Notes under the pieces: generated by a model
Told to the model about the DNA's origin: nothing
Seen by the model: the letters and a program-made list of their open reading frames with translations, nothing else
Database searches by the model: none
Origin: Acidimicrobiia bacterium
GTDB taxonomy: Bacteria; Actinomycetota; Acidimicrobiia; Spongiisociales; ZC4RG35
Direction: 5' to 3'
DNA length: 64,000 bases
NCBI GenBank assembly: GCA_036555105.1
Contig: DATBMA010000114.1
Span: forward strand, 869 to 64,868
Shown here: one piece after another, positions 47,542 to 55,916 of the stretch
Layout: every line of letters starts with the position of its first letter
Numbering within the stretch: the first letter of the stretch is position 1
Translations under genes and position numbers: made by a program

Positions 47542-48243
47542 TCAGTCCTCGCCGGAGACGAGGCGTCTGGCCTTGACCAGTGCTTGTGCGGTCTCGGCGG
47601 CGATGGCGGCATCGCGGCAATAGGCATCTGCCCCCACCGCTTGGGCGAACTCCTCGTTCAGGGGCGCGCCGCCTACGAGGACGATGTAGTCATCTCTGAT
47701 GCCCTTCTCCTTGAGGGTGTCGATGACCACTTTCATGTACGGCATCGTCGTGGTCAGCAAAGCCGACATGCCGAGGATGTCGGGCTTGTGCTCCTCGAGG
47801 GCTGCCAGGTACTTCTCGACCGGGTTGTTGATGCCGAGGTCGATCACTTCGAACCCGGCTCCTTCCAGCATCATCGCCACGAGGTTCTTGCCGATGTCGT
47901 GGATGTCGCCCTTGACGGTCCCGATCACGACTTTCCCGACCGGCTCGGCCCCGGTTTCGGCCAGGAGCGGGCGCAGGATCTCCATGGCGGCCTTCATGGC
48001 GTTGGCTGCCATCAGCACCTCCGGCACGAAGAGGATGCCGTCTCGGAAGTCGATGCCCACGATACGCATCCCTTCCACCAGAGCGTCATTGAGCACACGG
48101 TCCGGCGGCCAGCCCCGCTGCAACAGGATGTTGGTGCCCTGGACCAGCTCTTCCTTCAGCCCGTCGTAGAGGTCGTCATGCATCTGCTCGACCAACTCGG
48201 GGTCGGCGAGGGATGAGAGATCAAGTTCTTGATCGTCTGGCAT
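47542..48243 (-). CDS. Corrinoid (cobalamin-binding) protein, MtgC/MttC-like
   Basis: B12-binding_2 helical cap followed by a Rossmann B12 domain with the DxHxxG motif (GDIHDIGKNLV). Confidence 0.85.
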   Translation of the reverse strand: MPDDQELDLSSLADPELVEQMHDDLYDGLKEELVQGTNILLQRGWPPDRVLNDALVEGMRIVGIDFRDGILFVPEVLMAANAMKAAMEILRPLLAETGAEPVGKVVIGTVKGDIHDIGKNLVAMMLEGAGFEVIDLGINNPVEKYLAALEEHKPDILGMSALLTTTMPYMKVVIDTLKEKGIRDDYIVLVGGAPLNEEFAQAVGADAYCRDAAIAAETAQALVKARRLVSGED

Positions 48244-48244
48244 C

Positions 48245-49060
48245 TTGTTCGATCCTCATGGGTTCCGTATGATGGAACTGTATCGGATAGTGGAACAGGA
48301 TACTCCAGTGGTGCAAACGGTGTCGAGCGTGCATTCCATCGAACGGGCCTTCGCCATCCTGGATGCCCTGCGATCCGGCCCGGCCCGCGTGACCGATCTG
48401 GCGAGAAGAGTCGACCTGCCCAAGAGCACCGTCGCCAGGCTGCTGGCAACCCTGCAGTCGGTCGGGGCGGTCGAGCGTGACCCCGATGGTGTCCGCTACC
48501 GCGCGTGCCGCGAGTGGGCGCAATCGGCCGGTCCTGGCGGGGGCATCGAGACCATCGTGGCGATGGCCCGCCCGAGCTTGGTGGGATTGGTGGAACGGCT
48601 GGGCGAGTCGGCCGGGCTCTCGGTGCCGGACGGCTACCTGGCCCACTACGTCGCCCAGGTCGACTCGGGCAACCCTGTGCAGGTGCGGGACTGGACGGGG
48701 GAGAGGATCCCCATGCACGCGGTCTCGTCGGGCCTGGTGTTCTTGGCCGATCTCCCGCGGGAGGCGCTGTCCGACTTCCTGCGGCATCCGCTGAGCGAGT
48801 TCACGTCCCACACGGTGACCTCTCCTGCCCAGCTGAGAAGGCGTCTGCAGCAGGTGCGGGCCGACGGCTACGCCTGGGTGGAAGAAGAGTTCGCCGAGGG
48901 GATCAACTCGGTGGCGGCCCCGGTGAGGAGGGTTGACGGGAGAACCCTCGCCGCCTTGCACGTGCATGGCCCTTCTTACCGTTTCCCCGGCAGGCGAGCC
49001 CGAGCCGCATCCAACCAGGTTGTGGCGGCCGCCGATGCACTGTCTGCCCAGCTGACCTGA
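48245..49060 (+). CDS. IclR-family transcriptional regulator
   Basis: N-terminal wHTH (SIERAFAILDALRSGPARVTDLARRVDLPKSTVARLL) and a C-terminal IclR effector domain. It is divergent from the corrinoid operon. An alternative start is MMELY at 48269. Confidence 0.8.
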   Translation: MFDPHGFRMMELYRIVEQDTPVVQTVSSVHSIERAFAILDALRSGPARVTDLARRVDLPKSTVARLLATLQSVGAVERDPDGVRYRACREWAQSAGPGGGIETIVAMARPSLVGLVERLGESAGLSVPDGYLAHYVAQVDSGNPVQVRDWTGERIPMHAVSSGLVFLADLPREALSDFLRHPLSEFTSHTVTSPAQLRRRLQQVRADGYAWVEEEFAEGINSVAAPVRRVDGRTLAALHVHGPSYRFPGRRARAASNQVVAAADALSAQLT

Positions 49061-49062
49061 CC

Positions 49063-49407
49063 TCAGGCGGGGGCCAACTCCGCTCGCTGACCGAAGAAGA
49101 TGCCGGGGACCGCCATCGCCACCACTGCGAGCTGGATCATCCAGACCGTGGTGGGAAGGAGCAGGGCGGTACCGAACAGCACGAATCCCCCCACTCTTGC
49201 CCTGAATCCCTTGGTCCCGCGCCATCGCATCAGGCCGAGCAGGTAGAGGATCCCGCCGGCCACCGCCGCCACCGATAGCAAGAAGATCGGGTGTATGCCG
49301 GAGATCGGAGTGACGTTGAAGTAGGCGATCACGGCGCCGACCATCACCCACATTCCGAACAGGATCGCCAGCCCGGCACCGGCCATGCCGAGGACGCCGG
49401 CAACCAT
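49063..49407 (-). CDS. Small polytopic membrane protein, function unknown
   Basis: Three predicted TM helices from [12 protein letters not shown].... It is divergent from betB. The longer track ORF is probably an over-extension. Confidence 0.4.
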   Translation of the reverse strand: MVAGVLGMAGAGLAILFGMWVMVGAVIAYFNVTPISGIHPIFLLSVAAVAGGILYLLGLMRWRGTKGFRARVGGFVLFGTALLLPTTVWMIQLAVVAMAVPGIFFGQRAELAPA

Positions 49408-49477
49408 GCGCAAGCCTTGTTTGGGCACGGCGGGCGAGCGTACCTGGGCAGCCGGACCTCTACACTCCTCCGGCCCC

Positions 49478-50932
49478 ATGGACACCATTCGCCTCTTCAT
49501 TGACGGTGCCCTGACCGATGCCACCTCCGCCGAGGTTTTCGACAACGTCAACCCGGCCACCGGCATGGTCATCTCGCAGGTTCAGCAGGCAAGCGACGCC
49601 GACGTCGACCGAGCAGTGGTTTCCGCTGCGGCGGCCTTCGAAGAGTGGAGCCAGTGGTCGGGGACCCAAAGGGGACGGGTGCTCAATCAGGCGGGCCGCC
49701 TCCTCCGGGAGCGGAATCAGGAACTGGCCGAGCTCGAGGTCATCGACACCGGCAAGCCGATCGGCGAGGCGATGTCAGTGGACATCCTCTCCGGGGCGGA
49801 CTGCATCGAGTACTACGCCGGCCTGGCTCCGGCGGTGCATGGTGAGCATTTCGACCTTGGTGGGTCTTGGGCCTACACGAGGCGGGAGCCGCTCGGGGTC
49901 TGTGTTGGGATCGGAGCGTGGAACTACCCGATCCAGATCGCATGCTGGAAGTCGGCGCCCGCCCTTGCATGCGGCAACACGATGGTGTTCAAGCCCGCAG
50001 AGCTGACCCCGACCACAGCTCTCAAGCTGGCCGAGATCTACTACGAGGCGGGTGTGCCGGCCGGTGCCTTCAACGTCGTCCAGGGAGATGAGCGGACCGG
50101 CCGAGCCCTCACCCTCCATCCGCGGGTCGCCAAGGTGTCGCTGACGGGCGAGGTAGGCACCGGGGTGAAGGTGATGGAGCAAGCGGCTGCCACCCTCAAG
50201 CACATCACCCTCGAGCTTGGCGGCAAGTCCCCTCTCATCGTCTTCGAGGACGCCGACCTCGACAATGCCGTGTCTGCCGCTCTGATGGGCAACTTCTACA
50301 CCCAGGGCGAGATCTGCTCGAACGGGACCCGCGTGTTCGTGCACTCCTCGATCCACGATCAGTTCGTCGAGCGGCTGGCGGCGAGGACCGAGAAGATCAG
50401 GGTCGGGGACCCGATGGACCCTGAGACCCATGCCGGGGCGTTGATCTCGGCTAGCCACCTCGAGAAGGTGATGGGTTACATCGAGCAAGGGAAAGAGGAG
50501 GGAGCCCGGCTGGTGACCGGCGGTTCCCGCCCGTCCGATCCGGAGCTGGCGGACGGCTTCTTCGTGCTGCCGACGATCTTCGACGAGTGCCGCGATGACA
50601 TGACGATCGTCCAGGAGGAGATATTCGGCCCGGTCATGGCGGTTCTCACGTTCGAGAGCGAGGACGAGGTAGTGGATCGGGCCAACGCCACCGAATATGG
50701 GCTGGCGGCTGGGGTGTTCACCAACGATCTGCAGCGCGCCCATCGAGTTGTGGCCCGCCTCGAAGCGGGGACGATCTGGATCAACAACTACAACCTCACT
50801 CCTGTCGAGATCCCGTTCGGTGGCTACAAAAGGTCAGGGATGGGGCGGGAGAACAGCCTGACCACCATCAACCACTACACGCAATTGAAGACAGTCTTCG
50901 TCGAAATGGGGGATGTGGAGGCTCCGTACTGA
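49478..50932 (+). CDS. betB: Betaine-aldehyde dehydrogenase
   Basis: Aligns block-for-block with E. coli BetB ([34 protein letters not shown]..., [11 protein letters not shown]..., EEIFGPVM..., [11 protein letters not shown]). Start at [10 protein letters not shown]. Confidence 0.9.
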   Translation: MDTIRLFIDGALTDATSAEVFDNVNPATGMVISQVQQASDADVDRAVVSAAAAFEEWSQWSGTQRGRVLNQAGRLLRERNQELAELEVIDTGKPIGEAMSVDILSGADCIEYYAGLAPAVHGEHFDLGGSWAYTRREPLGVCVGIGAWNYPIQIACWKSAPALACGNTMVFKPAELTPTTALKLAEIYYEAGVPAGAFNVVQGDERTGRALTLHPRVAKVSLTGEVGTGVKVMEQAAATLKHITLELGGKSPLIVFEDADLDNAVSAALMGNFYTQGEICSNGTRVFVHSSIHDQFVERLAARTEKIRVGDPMDPETHAGALISASHLEKVMGYIEQGKEEGARLVTGGSRPSDPELADGFFVLPTIFDECRDDMTIVQEEIFGPVMAVLTFESEDEVVDRANATEYGLAAGVFTNDLQRAHRVVARLEAGTIWINNYNLTPVEIPFGGYKRSGMGRENSLTTINHYTQLKTVFVEMGDVEAPY

Positions 50933-51762
50933 TGGAGCAGTTCCTGGCGGGCCGGGTGGCGGTGGTAACCGGGGGAGCGTCGGGCATGGGCAGGGCGATG
51001 GCTCTCGCCTTCGCCTCCGCCGGGGCCGATGTCGCCATCGGGTCCTTGCTGGCCGAGGCTGCCGCGGCCCGGCCCGATGGCGAGCTCGGCTTCCTGCCGG
51101 GACAGGACCAGCTCAGTCAGACCGGGGCCGAGATCGAAGCCCATGGGGTCCGAAGCCTGGCAATGGGCCTCGACGTCACCTCGGATCAGTCGATGGACGA
51201 GTTCTTCGCTGCTGTCGAGTCCAAGCTGGGGCCGGTCGACATTCTTGCCAATGCCGCCGGCATCACCGCCGAGCAAACCATCACCGGCCACCCGGACCCT
51301 CTATGGCACAAGGTCATCGACGTCAACCTCAACGGGACCTACAGGGCGATCCGCCGTGCCCTGCCGGGCATGCTCGAGCGCAATTGGGGGCGTGTCATCA
51401 ACATCGCCTCTACTGCTGCCACCGTCGGCGCGGCTACTTCCGGCGCTTACTGCGCTTCCAAGGCCGGGGTGGTCGGCCTGACCAGGGCGGTGGCGCTGGA
51501 AGGCGCCCCGCACGGAGTCACCTGCAATGCCATCTCGCCCACCTGGGTCGACACCGCCTTCGCCCGCGACTGGATGAGCGAGATCGCCGAGCACGAGCAC
51601 CGCACCGGCGACGAGTACGTGGCAGACGTCAAGAAGTCGAACCCCCAGGGCCGGTTGATCGCCCCCTCCGAGATCGGGGCACTGGCCCTGTTCCTGTGCC
51701 GGGAGGAGGCTCTCGGGATCACGATGGAGGACCTCCGGGTCTCGGCCGGCAGCCTCTGGTGA
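50932..51762 (+). CDS. SDR-family NAD(P)-dependent oxidoreductase
   Basis: TGGASGMG Rossmann motif and a YxxxK catalytic motif (YCASK). Its ATG overlaps the betB stop (TGATG). Confidence 0.85.
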   Translation: MEQFLAGRVAVVTGGASGMGRAMALAFASAGADVAIGSLLAEAAAARPDGELGFLPGQDQLSQTGAEIEAHGVRSLAMGLDVTSDQSMDEFFAAVESKLGPVDILANAAGITAEQTITGHPDPLWHKVIDVNLNGTYRAIRRALPGMLERNWGRVINIASTAATVGAATSGAYCASKAGVVGLTRAVALEGAPHGVTCNAISPTWVDTAFARDWMSEIAEHEHRTGDEYVADVKKSNPQGRLIAPSEIGALALFLCREEALGITMEDLRVSAGSLW

Positions 51763-51765
51763 ACA

Positions 51766-51804
51766 GTCTCGAAGTCGCACAGTCGCACAGTCGCACGGTG
51801 AGAC
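51766..51804. repeat. GTCTCAC-family intergenic element R10
   Basis: agtctcga-agtcgcac-agtcgcac-agtcgcac-ggtgagac, immediately after the SDR stop. Confidence 0.75.
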
Positions 51805-51810
51805 TGAAAG

Positions 51811-51836
51811 GAAGGCCCCCGTTGCCGGGGGCCTTC
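51811..51836. terminator. Bidirectional intrinsic terminator hairpin
   Basis: gaaggcccccg-ttgc-cgggggccttc, between the convergent SDR gene and the betaine-binding-protein gene. Confidence 0.8.
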
Positions 51837-51862
51837 GGGTTGTCAATCGGCTGGAGTTCAGA

Positions 51863-52798
51863 TCAGGGCAGCCATGAGTCGACGACGGACTGGTTTGCCG
51901 CCACCCAGTCGGACGCCGCCTGCTCGAGGGTCTTTCCATCGAAGGCCACCGCGCCGAGCATCTCGATCTGATCATCGTTGGTCAGTTTCATGTTCGACAG
52001 GATCGTGTACGCGTCCGGCGCTTCTTCCTGCAGGCCCGACCACGCAGCCTTGAACAGCACATCCTCCGGGTAGTCACAGTCGATCGCCGCCGGGTCGGCA
52101 TAGCAATCGGCCGTGTAATCCGGCAGGGTCACGTTGACGAGGTCGTACTTGGCGAAGGCTGAATGCGGCGTCCAGAAGTAAAATACCGTCGGCTCCTGGT
52201 TCTCGTACTTGGTGTCGAGATCGGCGAGGATCGCTTCCTCGGATCCGGCGAACACCACTTGCATCGGCATTGCGAGGTTGGTGATTATCTGCTCGTCGTA
52301 CTGGGACCAGGACGAGTCGCCACCCAGGAATCGGCCGTTGTCGCCGGTGTCCGGAGTCGCGAACAGGCTAGCGAGTGCAGGATCCTGGAACCCTTCGTAC
52401 GTCGCCAGCTCCGGGTGCTCGTCGACCATGTACTTCGGCATGAACCAGCCGATCTTGCCGATTACGCCTAGCTCGCCGATATTGACGACGCTGCCGTCGT
52501 CGATGTATGCCTGCTCCGCGGCCACCACTCCGGAAGGCCAGATCTCAAGAACGGCATCGAGGGTTCCGTCCGAGAGCCCCGTGAACATCGTGTTCTCGTC
52601 GATCTCGGTTATCTCCACGGTGGTATCCGTGTTGGCTTCGATCACTTCTTTGGCGATCAGTGAGTTGAGGGCAGAGGCATCCCAGGGGTTGGTCACGAGC
52701 GAAATCGTGCCGCTGCCGCCTCCTCCCTGCGCACAGGCAGAAGCGAGCAGGCCCAACAGCCCTCCCACCGCCGCCATGGTCAGCACCTTGCGATTCAT
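51863..52798 (-). CDS. Glycine betaine/proline betaine ABC transporter substrate-binding lipoprotein (OpuAC/ProX family)
   Basis: Lipobox LLASAC. OpuAC-fold signature residues are present, including the Trp-rich ligand cage (WDAS..., IWPSG, WFMPKY). Confidence 0.85.
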   Translation of the reverse strand: MNRKVLTMAAVGGLLGLLASACAQGGGGSGTISLVTNPWDASALNSLIAKEVIEANTDTTVEITEIDENTMFTGLSDGTLDAVLEIWPSGVVAAEQAYIDDGSVVNIGELGVIGKIGWFMPKYMVDEHPELATYEGFQDPALASLFATPDTGDNGRFLGGDSSWSQYDEQIITNLAMPMQVVFAGSEEAILADLDTKYENQEPTVFYFWTPHSAFAKYDLVNVTLPDYTADCYADPAAIDCDYPEDVLFKAAWSGLQEEAPDAYTILSNMKLTNDDQIEMLGAVAFDGKTLEQAASDWVAANQSVVDSWLP

Positions 52799-52865
52799 CC
52801 GTTAGCTCCTCCTCGAAAACAGCCAGTCCAGGCACTGGAATTGGCCTGCGGTCTACATTACCGAC

Positions 52866-53906
52866 ATGGTGACCGCCCTTGGGGAGGCCAGCCCGTCCAG
52901 CCTCTTGGTGGACCACCTTTGGAAAGTGTTCGGCGACAGCCCTGGCAAGGCAATCGAGATGGCGGACAAAGGCCTCTCCCGGTCGGAGATCCTGGCCGCC
53001 ACCGGCTGCACGGTGGGAGTTCGGGACATCTCCTTCGACGTCTCCCCGGGAGAAACGTTCGTCGTCATGGGCCTCTCCGGAAGCGGCAAGTCCACACTGA
53101 TCAGATGCGCCGCCAGGCTGATAGAGCCCACCAAAGGGAGGGTCATCATCGACGGCGCCGATCTTCTCACCATGAGTGATGACGACCTCCGTCAGGTCCG
53201 ACGAAACAAGCTGTCGATGGTGTTCCAACATTTCGGGCTGTTTCCCCACCGTCGGGTCATCGACAACGTCGCGTTTGGCCTCGAAGTTCAGGGCATGTCG
53301 AAGTCCGAGAGGCACGAACGTGCCGAAGCTGTCATCAAGGTCGTGGGGCTCGAAGGCTGGGAAACCCACTATCCCCAGCAGCTCTCAGGTGGGATGCAGC
53401 AGCGCGTCGGCCTCGCCAGGGCGCTGGCCCTCGATCCACAGGTGCTGTTCTTCGATGAGCCGTTCTCGGCCTTGGATCCGCTGATCAGACGGGACATGCA
53501 GGACGAGCTGATTCGACTTCAGGCGGAGCTGCACTGCACGATCGTCTTCATCACCCATGACTTCGCCGAGGCGCTGAAGCTGGGCGACCGGATCGCCATC
53601 ATGAAGGATGGTGCATTCGATCAGATTGGCACTCCCGTCGAGATCGTCACCAAGCCCGCCACCGACTACGTTCGCGAGTTCACCAAAGATGTTCCGAAGG
53701 CCAAGGTGATCACAGCCTCTGCTGTGATCGATGCGGGAGTGGTGGCCGCACCGAATGCTCCCCGCCTGCACATGAACACACCGGTGGAGCAGTTGGTTCC
53801 GCACCTCCTTCACAGTGGCGACGCGGTGGCGATCTTCGACGACGCCGGCCGCATCCTCGGCGCGGTCGACCGGGAGAGCGTGGCCCGGGTCCTGACGGAG
53901 GGTTGA
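52866..53906 (+). CDS. Glycine betaine/proline ABC transporter ATP-binding protein (ProV/OpuAA) with a C-terminal CBS-like region
   Basis: Walker A GLSGSGKST, signature LSGGMQQRVGLARAL, and a Walker B region. The N-terminal extension is typical of ProV. Confidence 0.9.
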   Translation: MVTALGEASPSSLLVDHLWKVFGDSPGKAIEMADKGLSRSEILAATGCTVGVRDISFDVSPGETFVVMGLSGSGKSTLIRCAARLIEPTKGRVIIDGADLLTMSDDDLRQVRRNKLSMVFQHFGLFPHRRVIDNVAFGLEVQGMSKSERHERAEAVIKVVGLEGWETHYPQQLSGGMQQRVGLARALALDPQVLFFDEPFSALDPLIRRDMQDELIRLQAELHCTIVFITHDFAEALKLGDRIAIMKDGAFDQIGTPVEIVTKPATDYVREFTKDVPKAKVITASAVIDAGVVAAPNAPRLHMNTPVEQLVPHLLHSGDAVAIFDDAGRILGAVDRESVARVLTEG

Positions 53907-55852
53907 TGGCGACAGCCACTGCCACCCCAGCCGCCCTGCCACTCAGGCGAAGCCGGACCTGGCTGTGGGTCGTGGTCGTCATTCTGTTGTTGGTGGGTGT
54001 CCAGCTCGCCTTCTCGCGAACCTCCGGATTCCCCACCGGATGGAGGCTCGGGATCGAGAACACCATCGACCAGATTCCGGGTTGGCTGCGGTCCAACCGA
54101 CGCACCCACCCGATGTTCGTCTACTTTCTCCAGCCCCTCAGTGCTGGAATCAACGGGGGGCTCGAGCTGGTCGAGTCTGTTCTCAAGGCCATTCCATGGT
54201 TCGTCTTCTGCGCCATCGCCGCCTTCATCCTTCTTCGGGCCGGCCGGGTTTGGGCGGCGCTCCTGGCGATAGTTGGTGTCCTCTACTTCGGTGTGGTGGG
54301 CCTGTGGGAGGAGGGCTTGGAGACGCTGGCGTTGATGGGTGTCGCGGTCGCCATCGCGCTCCTGATCGGGATTCCCTTAGGGATATGGGCGGCTTTCAAC
54401 CGGAGGGTCGAGCGGGCGCTACGACCGATCCTCGACAGCATGCAGGTGCTGCCGGCTTTCGTCTATTTGATACCGGTCGTCCTGCTCTTTGGCATTGCCC
54501 GGGTGCCGGCGACCATCGCCACCGTGATCTTTGCGCTCGCACCGGCTGTACGGCTCACGACCCTCGGGATCAAGCAAGTGCCGCAAGCGGTGCTGGAAGC
54601 CGCCGAGATGATGGGGACCACACGCCGCCAGAAGCTCTTCAAGGTCCAGATCCCGATCGCGATGCCAACCATCCTGGCCGCTGTCAACCAGACGATCATG
54701 CTGGCACTCGGCATTGTGATCATCGCTTCGTTGATCGGTGCGGGGGGCCTCGGCACGCAGGTCTTGAACTCCCTCCAGAGGTTCCAGGTGGGCCAGGCAT
54801 TCGAGGCGGGCATAGCTGTGGTCGTGATGGCGATCTTGCTGGACCGGCTGAGCCGTACCTTCGTGGAGCGGCCCGAGCCCGGGCAAATCCCTTGGTATCG
54901 AAGCCGGAGGGTTCTGTGGATCGGGCTGGGGATCATCGTCCTGCTGGCCTTGGCGGGGCTCGTCGCCGGAGTCCGCGAGTTCCCTGACCAGTGGCGGGTC
55001 TCGTTCGCGCGCCCGATCGACTCCGCGGTCGACTGGGCGCAGAACAACCTTTACCTGATCGGGAATACCGGCCTCGGGACCAAGGCACTCAACGAGTTCT
55101 TGAACGTGTCGATCCTCAACCCGTTGCGTGACCTGCTTACCTTTCTGGCCTGGCCCGTTCTGATCCTCTTCACGGGATTCATCTGCTGGAAGGCGGGGGG
55201 CGGGTTGCTAGCCGTCTTCGCCATGATCTCCCTATTCGTAATCGGGGTCCTCGGAATGTGGGAGCTTGCTTTGGACACTCTCACCCAAGTGCTCGTGGCA
55301 GTGGTCCTTGCCCTGGCCATCGCCATCCCAGTCGGCGTCTGGTCAGCTCGGAGCAACAGGGTGAGAACGCTGCTTACGCCACTCCTTGACACGCTTCAGA
55401 CGATTCCGAGCTTCGTCTTTCTCGTTCCGGTGATCATGCTCTTCAGCGCCGGACGGGTGCCGGGGATCATTGCCAGCGTGTTGTATGCAATCCCTCCCGG
55501 TATCCGGCTGACGGACCTCGGCCTGAGAAGCGTTCCTGCCGAGACCCTCGAGGCTGCCGAATGCTTTGGGTCAACGCCTAGGCAGATGCTGTGGAAGGTC
55601 CAAGTCCCACTGGCGATGCCGACCATCATGGCGGGGGTCAACCAGGTCGTCATGCTGGCCTTGTCGATGGTCGTGGTCGGTGGCTTGGTCGGAGGGGGTG
55701 GCCTGGGATTCGAAAGCGTGCGTGCCCTCACTCGGGGTGAGACGGCTCTCGGCGTCAAGGCCGGCTTGGCGATCGTCCTCATGGCGATGATCCTCGATCG
55801 GTTGACCCAGGCGTGGGCAGCCAGGATGCAGCCGACGCCGGCGGCGGCCTGA
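53903..55852 (+). CDS. Glycine betaine ABC transporter permease (fused tandem ProW/OpuAB domains)
   Basis: 649 aa with two homologous permease halves, each carrying an EAA-like loop (EAAEMMGTTRRQ and EAAECFGSTPRQ). Confidence 0.85.
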   Translation: MMATATATPAALPLRRSRTWLWVVVVILLLVGVQLAFSRTSGFPTGWRLGIENTIDQIPGWLRSNRRTHPMFVYFLQPLSAGINGGLELVESVLKAIPWFVFCAIAAFILLRAGRVWAALLAIVGVLYFGVVGLWEEGLETLALMGVAVAIALLIGIPLGIWAAFNRRVERALRPILDSMQVLPAFVYLIPVVLLFGIARVPATIATVIFALAPAVRLTTLGIKQVPQAVLEAAEMMGTTRRQKLFKVQIPIAMPTILAAVNQTIMLALGIVIIASLIGAGGLGTQVLNSLQRFQVGQAFEAGIAVVVMAILLDRLSRTFVERPEPGQIPWYRSRRVLWIGLGIIVLLALAGLVAGVREFPDQWRVSFARPIDSAVDWAQNNLYLIGNTGLGTKALNEFLNVSILNPLRDLLTFLAWPVLILFTGFICWKAGGGLLAVFAMISLFVIGVLGMWELALDTLTQVLVAVVLALAIAIPVGVWSARSNRVRTLLTPLLDTLQTIPSFVFLVPVIMLFSAGRVPGIIASVLYAIPPGIRLTDLGLRSVPAETLEAAECFGSTPRQMLWKVQVPLAMPTIMAGVNQVVMLALSMVVVGGLVGGGGLGFESVRALTRGETALGVKAGLAIVLMAMILDRLTQAWAARMQPTPAAA

Positions 55853-55916
55853 CTGCCGAAGCACGGGAAGTCGCCGGTGAGGGCTTGTTAGCCTCGCCGC
55901 CCGTGAGAGGACTCAG

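Noticed and set aside
48244-48268. Cobalamin riboswitch ahead of the corrinoid operon.
   Set aside because: There is essentially no leader space before the corrinoid protein gene, and none before the MtgA-like gene, where only the R9 repeat is present.
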